From NCBI GenBank assembly GCA_017448545.1, contig JAFSLH010000007.1, positions 27,460 to 91,459 on the forward strand: a stretch of 64,000 nucleotides of DNA, read 5' to 3'. Shown here piece by piece: positions 1-9,986 of this stretch. A program made the position numbers and the translations under genes. The first letter of the stretch is position 1. Every line of letters begins with the position of its first letter. Below the pieces are notes generated by a model, which saw only the letters and a program-made list of their open reading frames with translations, was not told the origin of the DNA and did no database searches. Source of the stretch: Clostridia bacterium (GTDB taxonomy: Bacteria > Bacillota > Clostridia > Christensenellales > CAG-138).

Positions 1-782
1 TTGACGAACCGCGTGGACGGGTTTGTGATCGAGGAGAAGAAGATCGCGCGGAGCGAATACTTCCGCAGCTGCTCGTTGACCGCGTCGAACGTTTCCAGCG
101 TCTTTTGCTCGCGCCCGAACGCCTGCACGACGTTCTGCCCGCCGATCATTTCGTCGATCAGCGCGGTCTGCTTCCCGCGCGTTTCGGAGCGCAGCCGGAA
201 CATTTCGTAGGTGCGCTTTGCGATGAACGACGCGACGAACAGCGATGCCGGCGTGACGACCACAACGACGAGCGTGATGATCGGGTTCGTCGCGAGCATG
301 AAGCCCAGCGTGCCGAGGATCGTGATCACGCCCGTGAACAGCTGCGTAAAGCCGATCAGCAGCCCGTCCGCGAACTGGTCCACGTCGGAAACGATGCGGC
401 TTGTGACCTCGCCGGTCGTGTGCGCGTCGAGGTACGACAGCGGCAGCGATTCGATCTTGCGGAACGCATCGGCCCGAAGATCGCGCACGGTGCGGTAGGT
501 GATGCGGTTGTTCAGGATGCTCATGCCCCACTGCAGCGCGGCGGTCAGCCCCGCGGCGACGCCGATGCGGACGAGGATTCCAAGCAGCGCGGCAAAGTCG
601 ACGTCCCCCTTGCCGACGATGCGGTCGACCGCGTCGCCGGTCAGAACCGGAATATACAGCGTCAGCGCGACGACGGCAGCCGCCATCAGAAGCGACAGGA
701 GCAGAAGCCCGCGGTACTTTGCGATGCGGCGCAGGACTTTTTTCAGCGTTTCGCGGCGAACGGAATCGGCTTTTTTCTTCAT
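1..782 (-). CDS. ABC exporter, fused permease/ATPase subunit (5' part only; 3' end lies beyond the window)
   Basis: Absent from the ORF track because there is no stop codon inside the window. My minus-strand translation from ATG at 782 reads MKKKADSVRRETLKKVLRRIAKYRGLLLLSLLMAAAVVALTLYIPVLTGDAVDRIVG..., a typical type-I ABC exporter TMD. GAAGGAGG lies about 10 nt upstream. ATGA start/stop overlap with the upstream ABC gene. Confidence 0.8.
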   Translation of the reverse strand, partial: MKKKADSVRRETLKKVLRRIAKYRGLLLLSLLMAAAVVALTLYIPVLTGDAVDRIVGKGDVDFAALLGILVRIGVAAGLTAALQWGMSILNNRITYRTVRDLRADAFRKIESLPLSYLDAHTTGEVTSRIVSDVDQFADGLLIGFTQLFTGVITILGTLGFMLATNPIITLVVVVVTPASLFVASFIAKRTYEMFRLRSETRGKQTALIDEMIGGQNVVQAFGREQKTLETFDAVNEQLRKYSLRAIFFSSITNPSTRFV

Positions 783-2506
783 ACCGCCGTCGCCTCCTTC
801 GGGAACTGCGAATCGTAGATCTCGCGGTACAGCGGACACGATGCGAGCAGTTCTTCATGCGTGCCGAGCCCGGCCGCGCGGCCGTCCTCCAGCACCAGGA
901 TCCGGTCGGCGTGCAGCAGCGACGCCGCCCGCTGCGATACGATGAACACGACCGGCGCGCCGTCCGTTTCCCGGAGCGCCCTGCGCAGCGCCGCGTCGGT
1001 GGCAAGGTCGAGCGCGGACGCGCTGTCGTCCAGAATCAGGATGTCCGGCTTGCGGACGAGCGCGCGCGCAATCGTCAGCCGCTGCCGCTGTCCGCCGGAG
1101 AAGTTTCGCCCGTTCTGCTCCACGGGCGCGTCGAGACCGCCCTCCCGCGTCCGCACGAATTCCGCCGCCTGCGCGGTTTCGAGCGCGGCCCAAAGCCGAT
1201 CGTCCGTCGCGTCCGGATCGCCCCAGAGCAGGTTATCGCGGATCGTGCCCTTGAACAGCTGCGCCTTTTGCGGCACGATTCCGATGCGCCGCCGCAGCGC
1301 GGCAAGGTCATAGTCCTTGACGTCCACGCCGTCGATGCGCACCGTGCCCGCCGTCGCGTCGTAGAACCGCGGAATCAGCTGCACCAGCGTCGATTTGCCG
1401 CAGCCGGTCGGCCCGATCACGCCGACGGTTTCCCCGCGCGATGCCGAGAGCGTGATCCCCGAAAGCGCGTCGCCGCCCGCGCCGTCGTACCGCATCGAAA
1501 CGTTTTCGAGCGAAACCAGCGGCTCCGCGTTTTCGGTCGGGCGCGCGCTGCCGCTTTCCATGCCAGGCTTAATCTCCAGCACCTGCGCGATGCGGTCGGC
1601 GCACGCAAACGCGCGCGTCATCGTAATAATCAGGTTGGCGAGCTTGATCAGCTCGACCAGAATCTGCATCAGATAGTTGACGAGCGCGACGACCTCGCCC
1701 TGCGTCAGGCTGCCGACGTTGACGCGCACCGCGCCGGTATGCAGCAGCACGATCAGCGCCGCGTTCAGAATCACATACGTCAGCGGATTCATCGCGGCGG
1801 AGATTCGCCCCACGAACTCGTTCAGCTTCGTCAGCGCGTCGTTCTCTGCGTCGAACCGCGCCGTCTCGTCCGCTTCCTGTCGGAACGCGCGGATCACGCG
1901 GACGCCGTTCAGGTTTTCGCGCAGCGTGCCGGTCACGCCGTCGAGCCCGGCCTGCGCCTTCTTATAGAGCGGCATCGTCCGCAGCATGATCCCGAACACG
2001 ACGAGCGAAAGCAGCGGAATCGCCGCGACGAAAATCCACGCCGCGCGCCCATCGACGACGAACGCCATGACCATCGCGCCGAACACGATGAACGGCGAGC
2101 GAAGGAACAGCCGCAGCGTCAGGTTTACGCCGTTCTGCACCTGGTCGGCGTCGCTCGTGAGCCGCGTGACCATCGTGGACGTGCCGAGCGCATCCCGCGC
2201 GGAGAACGAGAGCGAGCCGAGATGCGAAAAGACCGCGTGCTTCAGCGACGCGGCGAACCCGGTGGCCGCCTTTGCCGCAAAGTACTGCGCCGTAATCGCC
2301 GAAACAAGCCCGACAAGCGCAAGCCCGACCAGAAGCGCGCCCATCTTCCAGATGGTGCCGCCGTCCGCGTCCGCAATGCCGCGGTCGATCAGCGACGCGA
2401 TCACGAGCGGCACAAACAGCTCGAACGTCGCCTCGAGCAGCTTAAACAGCGGCCCGAGGACGCATTCCTTCGTATACGGTTTCAGATAGCGCAGCAGCCG
2501 TTTCAT
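779..2506 (-). CDS. ABC exporter, fused permease/ATPase subunit (probable heterodimer partner of the downstream gene)
   Basis: ORF 779..2566. Start trimmed to MKRLLRYLKPY at 2506. Walker A GPTGCGKST, ABC signature FSGGQRQR, Walker B ILILDD. Six-helix TMD in the N-terminal half. Confidence 0.9.
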   Translation of the reverse strand: MKRLLRYLKPYTKECVLGPLFKLLEATFELFVPLVIASLIDRGIADADGGTIWKMGALLVGLALVGLVSAITAQYFAAKAATGFAASLKHAVFSHLGSLSFSARDALGTSTMVTRLTSDADQVQNGVNLTLRLFLRSPFIVFGAMVMAFVVDGRAAWIFVAAIPLLSLVVFGIMLRTMPLYKKAQAGLDGVTGTLRENLNGVRVIRAFRQEADETARFDAENDALTKLNEFVGRISAAMNPLTYVILNAALIVLLHTGAVRVNVGSLTQGEVVALVNYLMQILVELIKLANLIITMTRAFACADRIAQVLEIKPGMESGSARPTENAEPLVSLENVSMRYDGAGGDALSGITLSASRGETVGVIGPTGCGKSTLVQLIPRFYDATAGTVRIDGVDVKDYDLAALRRRIGIVPQKAQLFKGTIRDNLLWGDPDATDDRLWAALETAQAAEFVRTREGGLDAPVEQNGRNFSGGQRQRLTIARALVRKPDILILDDSASALDLATDAALRRALRETDGAPVVFIVSQRAASLLHADRILVLEDGRAAGLGTHEELLASCPLYREIYDSQFPKEATAV

Positions 2507-2608
2507 GGCCCCTCCGAACAAACAAACTGACAGCATCAGTCTACCGAAAACCGCCCGAACATGCAACCCCCAATCGGAAAAAACTTTCCCTTCACGACGG
2601 CTTTGCCG

Positions 2609-2710
2609 TCAATTCACGACCGCGCAGCGGTCAATTCATGTCCGCAGGACAATTCACGGAGCGAAGCGAGAATTCACCGGGGCAGTTCAAAGCGCTTTTT
2701 GAACAGTCCC
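2609..2710. repeat. Intergenic mosaic repeat cluster R1 (modules C x4, inverted B, A variant)
   Basis: CAATTCACG at 2610, CAATTCATG at 2632, CAATTCACG at 2650, GAATTCACC at 2670. ATTCACGGAGCGAAGCGAGAATTCAC is the reverse complement of module B. Hairpin CAGTTCAAAGCGCTTTTTGAACAG. Confidence 0.85.
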
Positions 2711-2812
2711 GTGTCTTTTCTTGACTTTTCCGGCAAAACGGAATATTCTATCCAAAAGGAAATGATCGGCAGTTTGCCGAAAACGGAGGCGCGGCGTTTG
2801 CCGCAAAAATGT

Positions 2813-4684
2813 ATGCAGAATCAATCGTTTGACGTCGTTGTGATCGGCGCGGGACACGCGGGCGTGGAGGCCTCGCTTGCGGCGGCGCGGATGGGGCTTA
2901 ATACGCTCCTTTTGACGCTGAATCTCGACAGCATCGGCATGATGCCCTGCAACCCCGCCATCGGCGGCACAGGCAAGGGGCATCTGGTGCGCGAGCTCGA
3001 CGCGCTCGGCGGGGAGATGGGCCTTGCCGCCGACGATACGCTGATCCAGATGCGGATGCTGAACACGGGCAAGGGGCCCGCGGTGCACAGCCTGCGCGCG
3101 CAGATGGACAAGCGCCGGTACCACGAGCGCGTGAAAAGCGCGATCGAGCGCCAGCCGCTTTTGACCGTCGTGCAGGGCGAAGTCAACGAGATCGAAACGG
3201 AACACGGCTGCGTCAGCGCGGTCGTGACCGACGAAGGGTTCCGCTATCCGTGCCGCGCGGCGGTGCTGTGCGCCGGGGTGTACCTCAAGTCCCGCATCCT
3301 GATTGGCGAATGGGCGCGGCTTTCGGGCCCGAACGGGATGCTGCGCAGCGAAAACCTGTCCGACGCGCTGCGAAAGCTCGGGATTCCGCTGCAGCGGTTC
3401 AAGACCGGCACGCCGGCGCGCGTCAAGCGCAGCACGCTCGATTTCGACGAAATGGAGATCCAGCTCGGCGACGAACCGACGCCCGCGTTTTCATTCCTGC
3501 ACCCGAACGGCCTGCAGCTAACGCAGGACCCGTGCTGGCTGACGTATACGACCGCCGAAACGCACGAAATCATCCGGCAGAACCTGCACCGAAGCCCGAT
3601 GTACAGCGGCAGAATCCACGCGACCGGCACGCGCTACTGCCCGTCGATCGAGGACAAGGTCGTCAAGTTTGCCGACAAGGACCGGCACCAGCTGTTCATT
3701 GAGCCGGAAGGCCGTTCGACCGAAGAAATGTACGTGCAGGGGTTTTCGACGTCGCTGCCCGCGGACGTGCAGATCGACATGCTCCACTCGCTGCCGGGCC
3801 TTCGCCGCTGCGAAGTCATGCGGCTCGGCTATGCGATCGAATACGACTGCCTCGACCCGACTGCGCTCGACCTAAGGTTCATGGTCAAGTCCGTGCCCGG
3901 CCTGTTCACGGCGGGACAGGTCAACGGATCGAGCGGCTATGAGGAAGCCGCCGCGCAGGGGCTGTACGCCGGCATCAACGCGGCGCTGTACGTCAGGGGC
4001 GAAGAACCGTTCCTGCTCGGCCGCAGCGACGCGTACATCGGCGTGCTCGTCGACGATCTTGCGACGAAGGGGACGCCGGAACCGTACCGCATGATGACGA
4101 GCCGCTGCGAATACCGGCTGCTGCTCCGGCAGGACAACGCCGACCTGCGGCTGACCGAACGCGCTTACCGGCTCGGCCTCGTGTCCGACGCGCGCAAGGC
4201 CGAACTGGAACGGAAGAAAGAGGGCATCGCCCGCGCGATGCAGCGGCTCGGGACGCGCGTTCCGCCGACGGACGCGCTGCGCGTGTACCTCGAATCGCTC
4301 GGCGAGCCGATGGCGCAAAGCGGCGCGGTGCTGTTCGACCTTCTGAAACGCCCCCGCGTGCGGTATGCGGACCTGCTCGCGCTGTTCGACGCGCTGGAGC
4401 CGCTGGCCCCGAACGTGGAGGAACAGATCGAAGTGCTCGCACACTACGACGGCTATATCGAAAAGCAGCGCATCCAGGTCGAGCGCGAAAAGGCGCTCGA
4501 AAACACCGCGCTCCCGCCCGATCTCGATTATTCCGGGCTCGACGGGCTGCGCCTCGAAGCGCGGCAAAAGCTGACCGCGATCCACCCGGCCTCCGTCGGG
4601 CAGGCGTCGCGCATTTCCGGCGTTTCGCCCGCGGACGTGAGCGTGCTGCTGCTCTATGCAAAGAGAGGATTTTCCCATGCGTGA
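2813..4684 (+). CDS. mnmG: tRNA uridine 5-carboxymethylaminomethyl modification enzyme MnmG (GidA)
   Basis: ORF 2561..4684. The real start is probably ATG 2813 (MQNQSFDVVVIGAGHAGVEA, FAD GxGxxG). The full length looks like MnmG (GQVNGSSGYEEAAAQG, C-terminal ISGVSPADV). Confidence 0.95.
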   Translation: MQNQSFDVVVIGAGHAGVEASLAAARMGLNTLLLTLNLDSIGMMPCNPAIGGTGKGHLVRELDALGGEMGLAADDTLIQMRMLNTGKGPAVHSLRAQMDKRRYHERVKSAIERQPLLTVVQGEVNEIETEHGCVSAVVTDEGFRYPCRAAVLCAGVYLKSRILIGEWARLSGPNGMLRSENLSDALRKLGIPLQRFKTGTPARVKRSTLDFDEMEIQLGDEPTPAFSFLHPNGLQLTQDPCWLTYTTAETHEIIRQNLHRSPMYSGRIHATGTRYCPSIEDKVVKFADKDRHQLFIEPEGRSTEEMYVQGFSTSLPADVQIDMLHSLPGLRRCEVMRLGYAIEYDCLDPTALDLRFMVKSVPGLFTAGQVNGSSGYEEAAAQGLYAGINAALYVRGEEPFLLGRSDAYIGVLVDDLATKGTPEPYRMMTSRCEYRLLLRQDNADLRLTERAYRLGLVSDARKAELERKKEGIARAMQRLGTRVPPTDALRVYLESLGEPMAQSGAVLFDLLKRPRVRYADLLALFDALEPLAPNVEEQIEVLAHYDGYIEKQRIQVEREKALENTALPPDLDYSGLDGLRLEARQKLTAIHPASVGQASRISGVSPADVSVLLLYAKRGFSHA

Positions 4685-5357
4685 CCTGCTGCAACAAACC
4701 ATCCCGTCGCTGACGGCGGAACAGTGCGACAGATTTGTCGCATACTACGACCTGCTGATCGACTGGAACACGCGCATGAACCTGACGGCGATCACCGCGC
4801 CGGAGGACGTTGTGAAAAAGCATTTTGCCGATTCGCTCGCCGCTCTGCCGTTTCTGCCGGAAGGCGCGCGCGTCGCCGACGTCGGCACGGGCGCGGGCTT
4901 TCCGGGCGTGCCGCTTCTGATCGTGCGGCCCGACCTACGGCTGACACTGGTCGATTCGCTGCAGAAACGGATCGGTTTTTTGGAAACCGTGCTGCAAACG
5001 CTCGGTCTTTCGGCCGTTTGCGTCCATGCGCGCGCCGAAGATTTCGGGCAGAACCCGGCGTATCGCGCGTCGTTCGACGTCGCCGTGTCCCGCGCAGTGG
5101 CGAGTCTGCCGGTACTGCTCGAACTGACCGTACCGCTTCTGAAGGTCGGCGGCAAGAGCATTTGCTATAAAGGCGACGCTTCGGAGGAGCTCGCGGCATC
5201 GCGCGGCGCGCTGCACAAGCTCGGCGCAAGCGCGAAAACCGTTTCGGTGCCCGCCGACTACGGCGCGCGTTCGCTCGTTATCTGCACCAAAAACGCACCA
5301 ACGTCGAAGCAGTACCCGCGCAAAGCCGGCACGCCGGCCAAATCGCCGCTGCGCTGA
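4677..5357 (+). CDS. rsmG: 16S rRNA (guanine527-N7)-methyltransferase RsmG (GidB)
   Basis: ORF 4656..5357. Start at ATG 4677 with an AGAGAGGA RBS, overlapping the mnmG stop. SAM motif DVGTGAGFPG. Classical mnmG-rsmG pairing. Confidence 0.9.
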   Translation: MRDLLQQTIPSLTAEQCDRFVAYYDLLIDWNTRMNLTAITAPEDVVKKHFADSLAALPFLPEGARVADVGTGAGFPGVPLLIVRPDLRLTLVDSLQKRIGFLETVLQTLGLSAVCVHARAEDFGQNPAYRASFDVAVSRAVASLPVLLELTVPLLKVGGKSICYKGDASEELAASRGALHKLGASAKTVSVPADYGARSLVICTKNAPTSKQYPRKAGTPAKSPLR

Positions 5358-5363
5358 AAACCG

Positions 5364-5379
5364 TTTTTCACGTGAAAGA
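5364..5379. other. parS-like palindrome
   Basis: TTTTTCACGTGAAAGA matches the Firmicute parS consensus TGTTNCACGTGAAACA at 14/16 positions. The inner 12 bp TTTCACGTGAAA form a perfect palindrome. Located just after rsmG. Confidence 0.4.
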
Positions 5380-5402
5380 GCCGCCGGACAGTCCGACGGC
5401 TC
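5378..5402. terminator. Bidirectional hairpin between convergent rsmG and the RCC1-domain gene
   Basis: GAGCCGCCGGACAGTCCGACGGCTC, GC-rich stem. Confidence 0.55.
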
Positions 5403-5416
5403 TCGTTATAGTATGT

Positions 5417-7666
5417 TCAGTTCACGGAATCGTTTTGCAGAAACGCGATGATGTCGCTGAGCCCGCGGATGTTCGTGTGCAGCTTTTCCTTTTCGAGCGA
5501 GACGGTGGAAAGCTCGCGCCCGAGGAACACGAGCGACGTGGAATGCCCGCCGTCGAGGTTGTACGCCGTGCGGCAGCCATACTGAACGCAGGCGTCCGCG
5601 ATCATGCTGTACGTCATCTGCAGCGACCGGTCGCGCATCGAGATCGCGACGATGTAATGGTACGGATCGGAATAGCCGAACGCGACGCGCATCGTATAGG
5701 TGTCGGTCGCCGGCGCAACGTTGACGCCGTCCCGCACCAGCACCGGTCCGAACGAGAAGCTGTCCTTTACGCCGAGCGCGAGCAGGGCGTCGGCCGTCGT
5801 TTCGCCCTTTTCATAGATCTGCAGCGTTCCGTCCGGCAGAATCGCATACGTCGTCGTTTCGGCGCGATCGTAATAGACCGTGCCGTTCCGCATCATAACG
5901 GCCTTGCGGTTCGAGGTGTAGCCGATATAGTCGCCGGTAAACGCGATCACCGCGTGATGCTGCCGCGCCTGGACTTCCGGCAGTTCGGTAGACATACGGA
6001 TTACGTTGCCGGATGCCTCCGGGTTCGTCACGTACCCCGTCGGCAGCGCGTTCGCCCGCGCAAAGAGGTCCGTCCGAAACGGCGTGCGATAGCCGTAATC
6101 GTCGACGCAGATCGTCGCCGCGCCGGTTTCGTCGAGATACAGCCACGGGCCGAGCGACGCTTCCTGTCCCTCGATGTAGGCCGTCGCCGTTTCGCCGACC
6201 GTGCCGTCCGGCGCCGGTTCGCACTGCCAGTCCGACGCAAAGACCGGTTCCGCCGGAAGCTGATCCGGCAGCCGGCCCGTGCCGATCAGACGCCCGTCGA
6301 GCCGTACGGCGACCGTATGGTACGCGCCCGCCGCAATCGCCGCCACGTCCGTCCAGTTCGCAACGTCACACTGACCCGCGCCGTTGTCGCCGACCGCAAC
6401 GACCGTCCCGTCGGCTTTCAGCCCGACCGTGGTGCACGCGCCGCACGCGACCGCGACAAGATCGGTCCAGTCCGAAACGTCGCACTGACCGTAGGTATTC
6501 TCCCCGGCGGCGACCGCCGTCCCGTCGGCTTTCAGGCCGACCGTGTGCCAAAGCCCCGCCGCAACGGCGGTCACGTCCGTCCAATCCGATACGTCGCACT
6601 GGCCGTGATCATTGTTCCCGATCGCCAGCACGGTTCCGTCGGCTTTCGCACCGACCGAGTGCCACGCGCCCGCCGCGACGCTTCGGATTTCCGTCCAGTC
6701 CGACGTGTCGATCCGGCCGAACGCCCGGCCGCCGACGCCGGTCACGGCGCCGTCCGCGTGCAGAAACAGCGCGTGGGAAAGCCCCGCCGCCGCATCAATG
6801 ACGTCGGTCAGCGCCGACACGGTTTCTTCCGCGCCGAAGCTCTCTCCGGTCAGAAGCACCCGCCCGTCCTGTAGGTACAGAACGCTCGTCAGCCCGGACA
6901 CGACGCGATCCGCCTTTTGCGGCGCGTCGGGATAGCGCGCGTCGCCGAAGATGTTCGGCTGTTCGCCCGCGACGGCCGTATGCCACGCCCCCGCCGCAAC
7001 CGATCCTTCCGCGCGCACCAGTACGTCCGCGCGATAGGCAACCCAATATTCCGCCTGCAGCTGCTCGATCTCCGCCGCAGCCGCGTTGGCTTCCGCCGTG
7101 CCGAGCGCGCGCAGGGCCGCAATCGCCTCGTTGAAATTCGTTCCGTCGAACACCGCGCTTGCCGCGGCATAGTCGAGCCGCGCGCGAATCTTTGCCGCGC
7201 GTGCCGCCGCGTCGCTGTACGTTCCGAGCGCAAGGAACGCTTCGAGCGCCGCTTCGTCGTCTCCGGCGAGCTCCAGCGCGTCCGCCGCGCTGTACGCATG
7301 CGCTCTTTCCCGTTCCTGCAGCGTTTCCCGCGTCGCGTCGTCCTGCGGCGTCCAGTTGTCGAGCAGCTCCGACGCGTAGTCCGTTTCGTCCTTGTCCACC
7401 GCGCGCCGGATCTCCTCCCGCGCGCGTTCGAGCCGCCGCTGCTCGAGCGCTTCGACCTTCCGGTCAAACAGCGGCTGCCCGCGCAGCTTGTCCAGCGCGC
7501 CGTCGATCGCCGCGAGCGCATCGGCATAGTCCGCGGTTTCGCTCGTCGCCATCGCGCTGCGATAGACCTGCTCCTTCGGCACATACCAGAGCGTCACCGC
7601 CCCGGCCGAAAGCAGCAGCACGCCGAGCACCGCAGCCATTGCTATCAGCAAAAGTCTTTGTTTCAA
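5417..7666 (-). CDS. Membrane-anchored protein: coiled/TPR-like region, RCC1-like repeats, C-terminal phosphodiester glycosidase (NAGPA/DUF2233-like) domain
   Basis: 749-aa ORF with TTG start at 7666 and GGAGGA 7 nt upstream. N-terminal TM helix. Repeats of the type DGTV.A.G.N..GQCDVS.WTD..AVAAG.WHTVGLKA. C-terminal ..TAYNLDGGHSTSLVF.. resembles phosphodiester glycosidase family proteins. Confidence 0.75.
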   Translation of the reverse strand: MKQRLLLIAMAAVLGVLLLSAGAVTLWYVPKEQVYRSAMATSETADYADALAAIDGALDKLRGQPLFDRKVEALEQRRLERAREEIRRAVDKDETDYASELLDNWTPQDDATRETLQERERAHAYSAADALELAGDDEAALEAFLALGTYSDAAARAAKIRARLDYAAASAVFDGTNFNEAIAALRALGTAEANAAAAEIEQLQAEYWVAYRADVLVRAEGSVAAGAWHTAVAGEQPNIFGDARYPDAPQKADRVVSGLTSVLYLQDGRVLLTGESFGAEETVSALTDVIDAAAGLSHALFLHADGAVTGVGGRAFGRIDTSDWTEIRSVAAGAWHSVGAKADGTVLAIGNNDHGQCDVSDWTDVTAVAAGLWHTVGLKADGTAVAAGENTYGQCDVSDWTDLVAVACGACTTVGLKADGTVVAVGDNGAGQCDVANWTDVAAIAAGAYHTVAVRLDGRLIGTGRLPDQLPAEPVFASDWQCEPAPDGTVGETATAYIEGQEASLGPWLYLDETGAATICVDDYGYRTPFRTDLFARANALPTGYVTNPEASGNVIRMSTELPEVQARQHHAVIAFTGDYIGYTSNRKAVMMRNGTVYYDRAETTTYAILPDGTLQIYEKGETTADALLALGVKDSFSFGPVLVRDGVNVAPATDTYTMRVAFGYSDPYHYIVAISMRDRSLQMTYSMIADACVQYGCRTAYNLDGGHSTSLVFLGRELSTVSLEKEKLHTNIRGLSDIIAFLQNDSVN
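6351..6806. repeat. In-frame tandem coding repeat, period 114 bp (38 aa), encoding the RCC1-like blades
   Basis: The motif GTCCAGT(T/C)CG / GTCCAATCCG recurs at 6351, 6465, 6579 and 6693, exactly 114 bp apart. The copies are diverged, not identical. Confidence 0.8.
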
Positions 7667-9972
7667 GCCGCATCCTCCGTTACAATCAACAGCATCGCGG
7701 AAAAGTCGCCCTGCATGTGCATCTTGTCCGAATACCCCGTTCCGATAAACGAACGGTGCAGCCGCACGCCGCTCATCAGCTGCGCGCCGGACGCCCGGTA
7801 CGACTCCGCGTAATCCTCCATCTTGAGATACTTATCCGCCGTGAGCAGCAAATGGCTGTAGCTGCGCAGCTTCACCGGCAGGATATGCTTCAAAAGCGTT
7901 CCGAACTTCGCGACGAACAGCGGCGCGCGCACCTCGGAAAGCGTGTACGTCTTTTCGGGATCGAGTCCCGTGATCGATAAAAGGTCGTTCGGCTGCGCCG
8001 CGGGGACCAGCGTCTTGACGCGCAGGATCACGGTCTGCTGTTCGGTCTGCGCCTGCCACTGCACGATATGCGGATCGCCGGTATCGACGCGCGAGAACGT
8101 CCCGAACTGACACGTACGGCGGATCGCGCGGTACTCCGTGAGGAACCCGGCCAGCACTTTCCGCTCGATCGGCCGCAAGTCCTTCGGGTCGAGCTCGAGG
8201 CCGAACGCGCCGAACGCTGCGACCGCGAACCGCGTCAAAAGCGGCGTATCGCGCAGCGTCTGCTGATGCGGCGCGAGCGAAACGTGCGCGCCCATCGTGC
8301 TGATCGGATAGAACAGCGACAGCCCGCCCTGAATCTTCAGCCGTTCGATCGGGTCCGTATCGTCCGACGCCCAGATCTGCTGCGCATAGCAGAGCAGCCC
8401 GAGATCGAACCGCCCGCCGCCGGACGCGCAGCCCTCGAGCAGAATCTGCGGACGCGGCCGGAAGATGCGTTCGAGCACCTCGTACAGGCCGAGCACGTAC
8501 CGGTGCATAAACGCGCCGTCGGTAAAGTCGCTCGCCTTGCGGTTCATGTCCCACTTGACGTACGAAATCGGACAGTCGTCCAGAATCCGCGACACGTTTT
8601 CCACGATATAGTCGCGCACATCCTGCCGCGTCAGGTCGAGCAGCTTCTGGTGCCGACCGAGCGAAGGCGTGCGGTTCGGCCGCTGCACCGCCCATTCGGG
8701 ATGCGCGCGGTAGAGATCGGAATCGTCGTTCACGTTTTCCGGCTCGAACCAGAGCCCGAACCGCATCCCGCGATCGTTGATCCGCCTGCCGAGCCCACTG
8801 AGCCCGTTCGGGAGCTTTTTGCGGTTCACCGTATAGTCGCCGAGTCCCGCGGTATCGGTGTTGCGCGCACCGAACCATCCGTCGTCCAGCACGAACAGCT
8901 CACAGCCGAGGCGTTTGCCCTGCCCGGCCAAGCGCAAGAGCGAGTTCTGCCGAAATTGAAAAAAATTCGCTTCCCAGTTGTTGATCAGGATCGGCCGTTC
9001 GACGGTCTGCCACTGACCGCGCACGACGCGCTTCTGCACGAACGCGTGGAAATTCTGCGACATCCCGTTTTTCCCGCGCGCCGAATACGTCAGCACGGCT
9101 TCCGGCGTCTCGAACGATTCGCCGGGCTTTACTTCCCACAGGAAGCAGTACGGGCTGACGCCGCCCGTGATGCGGACAAGCCCCTGCCGCCCGAGCTCCA
9201 CGGTCGTCTGATGGTTGCCGGTATAGATCAGGTTGAAGCCGTAGACGTCGCCGCTGTCCTCCGTCGCGCCGCGCGCCGCCAGCGCGATCGCCGGATTGTT
9301 GTGGTGCTGCGAAACGCCCGTGCTCTCATTGACGAGCGCGCCCGACAGCAGCGGCCGTTCCACGACCGTCGCTTCGCTGATCCAGCCGCCCGTCAGCGTC
9401 GTGACCGTATAGCCGCGATCCGGCAGGTCGAGCGAATAGCTCATCGCCTTTTTCAGCAGCACCGGCGCGTCCGCTTCGTTCCGAAGCACCATGCGCCGCG
9501 TGATCACGTTCTCCTCGGCGTACACCGTATAGTAAAGATCGACATAGACCGGGAACGCCTTGTCCTTCAGCGTCAGGATCAGCGTTTCGGCGTCCTCGCC
9601 GCTGCTCTGCGGCAGCGAAAGCATCTTCGGCGCGCCGCTTTCGACGCGGTAGGAATCCTGCACAAAATCGCAGGTGAAGCTGCCGTCCGGCATCCGGATC
9701 TCGATCGGCGCGACGCGGAAATCGCCCTTGCCGACGCCCGACCATTCGAGCGGCAGTTCGTTCAGCGTATAGCTCGGATCGGCCTGTTCGTCGTAGACCA
9801 CCGTGCTGCCGTACGGAATCTCATGCTTGTACCGCAGCGATTCGTAATCGCCCGCCGGAATCTTCCGCCCGAAATGCAGCGATTCGGGATGGCCGAACGG
9901 CGTCGTGCGGAACAGATACGTCGTCTCCCGCGTGTCCAGGCGGAAGCACCCGTCTGCAACCTGAATGCTCAT
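7663..9972 (-). CDS. Alpha-galactosidase, glycoside hydrolase family 36
   Basis: ORF 7663..9990. Probable start ATG 9972 (MSIQVADGCF) with an AAAGGAAC RBS. GH36 hallmarks ELFVLDDGWFGARNTDTAGLGDY and YVKWDMNR. Its stop overlaps the TTG start of the downstream gene (TTGA). Confidence 0.85.
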   Translation of the reverse strand: MSIQVADGCFRLDTRETTYLFRTTPFGHPESLHFGRKIPAGDYESLRYKHEIPYGSTVVYDEQADPSYTLNELPLEWSGVGKGDFRVAPIEIRMPDGSFTCDFVQDSYRVESGAPKMLSLPQSSGEDAETLILTLKDKAFPVYVDLYYTVYAEENVITRRMVLRNEADAPVLLKKAMSYSLDLPDRGYTVTTLTGGWISEATVVERPLLSGALVNESTGVSQHHNNPAIALAARGATEDSGDVYGFNLIYTGNHQTTVELGRQGLVRITGGVSPYCFLWEVKPGESFETPEAVLTYSARGKNGMSQNFHAFVQKRVVRGQWQTVERPILINNWEANFFQFRQNSLLRLAGQGKRLGCELFVLDDGWFGARNTDTAGLGDYTVNRKKLPNGLSGLGRRINDRGMRFGLWFEPENVNDDSDLYRAHPEWAVQRPNRTPSLGRHQKLLDLTRQDVRDYIVENVSRILDDCPISYVKWDMNRKASDFTDGAFMHRYVLGLYEVLERIFRPRPQILLEGCASGGGRFDLGLLCYAQQIWASDDTDPIERLKIQGGLSLFYPISTMGAHVSLAPHQQTLRDTPLLTRFAVAAFGAFGLELDPKDLRPIERKVLAGFLTEYRAIRRTCQFGTFSRVDTGDPHIVQWQAQTEQQTVILRVKTLVPAAQPNDLLSITGLDPEKTYTLSEVRAPLFVAKFGTLLKHILPVKLRSYSHLLLTADKYLKMEDYAESYRASGAQLMSGVRLHRSFIGTGYSDKMHMQGDFSAMLLIVTEDAA

Positions 9973-9986
9973 ACTGTTTGTTCCTT

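Noticed and set aside
719-2530. 603-aa plus-strand ORF, and similar long ORFs at 8068-10086, 15660-17801, 25884-27482, 39084-40376, 48202-50559, 50485-52212 and 52484-54160
   Set aside because: All lie antisense to genes with strong family motifs (ABC exporter, GH36, PBP, SpoIVA, PmbA, COG0523, PepF, TrpB2). Their composition is R/A/G/D/H-rich and no motifs are recognisable. They are GC-driven shadow ORFs.
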